Source: a virus
Reading direction: 5' to 3' (one strand)
Virus record (IMG/VR): IMGVR_UViG_3300045988_042395
Coordinates: 1 to 13,801 of that record
DNA: 13,801 nucleotides
The notes under the pieces were generated by a model, which was not told the DNA's origin, searched no databases, and saw nothing but the letters and a program-made list of their open reading frames with translations. The translations under genes were made by a program, and so were the position numbers. Of the stretch, positions 13,688 through 13,801 are shown piece after piece (position 1 is the stretch's first letter; each line of letters opens with the position of its first letter).

Positions 13688-13801
13688 AATTGCTGTACTC
13701 CCCTACCCTGAGGGGTATGGGCACTATATTTTGTGTCTATTGACATTTTGCACAAAGTTTTGGCTGTTGGGGAATAAATTTTTGTGCAATCTGCTATTAT
13801 C
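13643..13801. repeat. Right inverted terminal repeat (159 bp)
   Basis: It is the exact reverse complement of the left ITR minus one 21-bp unit, and it runs to the last base of the window. Confidence 0.95.
13648..13694. repeat. 21-bp tandem repeat, 2 full copies plus 5 bp (right ITR)
   Basis: This is the same unit as at 108-175 in reverse complement, with palindromes at 13654-13666 and 13675-13687. Confidence 0.95.

Larger units (their letters stand above)
1..13801 (+). mobile_element. Complete linear phage genome (phi29-like, protein-primed podophage) bounded by ITRs
   Basis: The ITRs reach the first and last base of the window. A terminal-protein candidate and protein-primed PolB are present, together with a gp16-like ATPase and gp8/gp9/gp10/gp12-like virion genes. 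All genes are on the + strand. Confidence 0.85.

Noticed and set aside
13740-13768. TTGACA on the + strand in the right ITR, and the mirrored copy on the minus strand at the left end, considered as an outward-facing promoter
   Set aside because: No acceptable -10 lies at 16-18 nt (the sequence there is GCTGTT), and transcription would run off the genome end.
1-13801. The ITR-bounded element as a transposon or IS, a casposon or polinton-like element, or a linear plasmid
   Set aside because: There is no transposase, integrase or Cas1. A full capsid, connector, tail and lysis gene set is present, and the ITRs coincide with the sequence ends, as expected for a protein-primed virion genome.
1-13801. 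A tectivirus, given that size, ITRs and protein-primed PolB would fit
   Set aside because: The capsid protein resembles phi29 gp8 (HK97 fold) rather than a double jelly-roll protein. gp9, gp10 and gp12-like tail and connector genes and a gp16-type ATPase are present.

Overview
The window appears to be a complete linear dsDNA phage genome of 13,801 bp. It is bounded by inverted terminal repeats: 1-180 on the left and 13643-13801 on the right. These are identical except for one extra 21-bp unit on the left. All convincing genes lie on the + strand, with tight spacing or overlaps and strong GGAGG-type ribosome-binding sites. The content is that of a phi29-like, protein-primed podophage. The early and replication block holds two small orphan proteins, an SSB-like protein, a candidate terminal protein and a family-B protein-primed DNA polymerase. 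It also holds a phage Dam-type N6-adenine methyltransferase and a phi29 gp16-like packaging ATPase. After a 131-nt intergenic region with a near-consensus promoter and a structured leader comes the lysis and virion block. This block encodes a holin, a 77-aa orphan, a Pro/Gln-repeat scaffold candidate and a gp8-like major capsid protein. It continues with a gp9-like tail knob, an M23 peptidase, a gp10-like connector, a lower-collar candidate and a beta-helix tail appendage. I found no integrase, repressor, tRNA, CRISPR array or recognisable pRNA. The main points of interest are listed below.
- The genome is very small and transcribed in one direction only, which is unusual for this phage type.
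- The ITR-embedded 21-bp repeats each carry a 13-bp palindrome, and together they create phased -35/-10 promoter pairs facing inward at both ends.
- A three-way-junction RNA structure sits between the packaging ATPase gene and the late genes.
- The lysis equipment is split, and the only peptidoglycan hydrolase lies among the tail genes.
Homology statements rest on motifs I recognise from memory, not on database searches. The host is inferred to be a Gram-positive (Firmicutes-type) bacterium, and this inference is weak.
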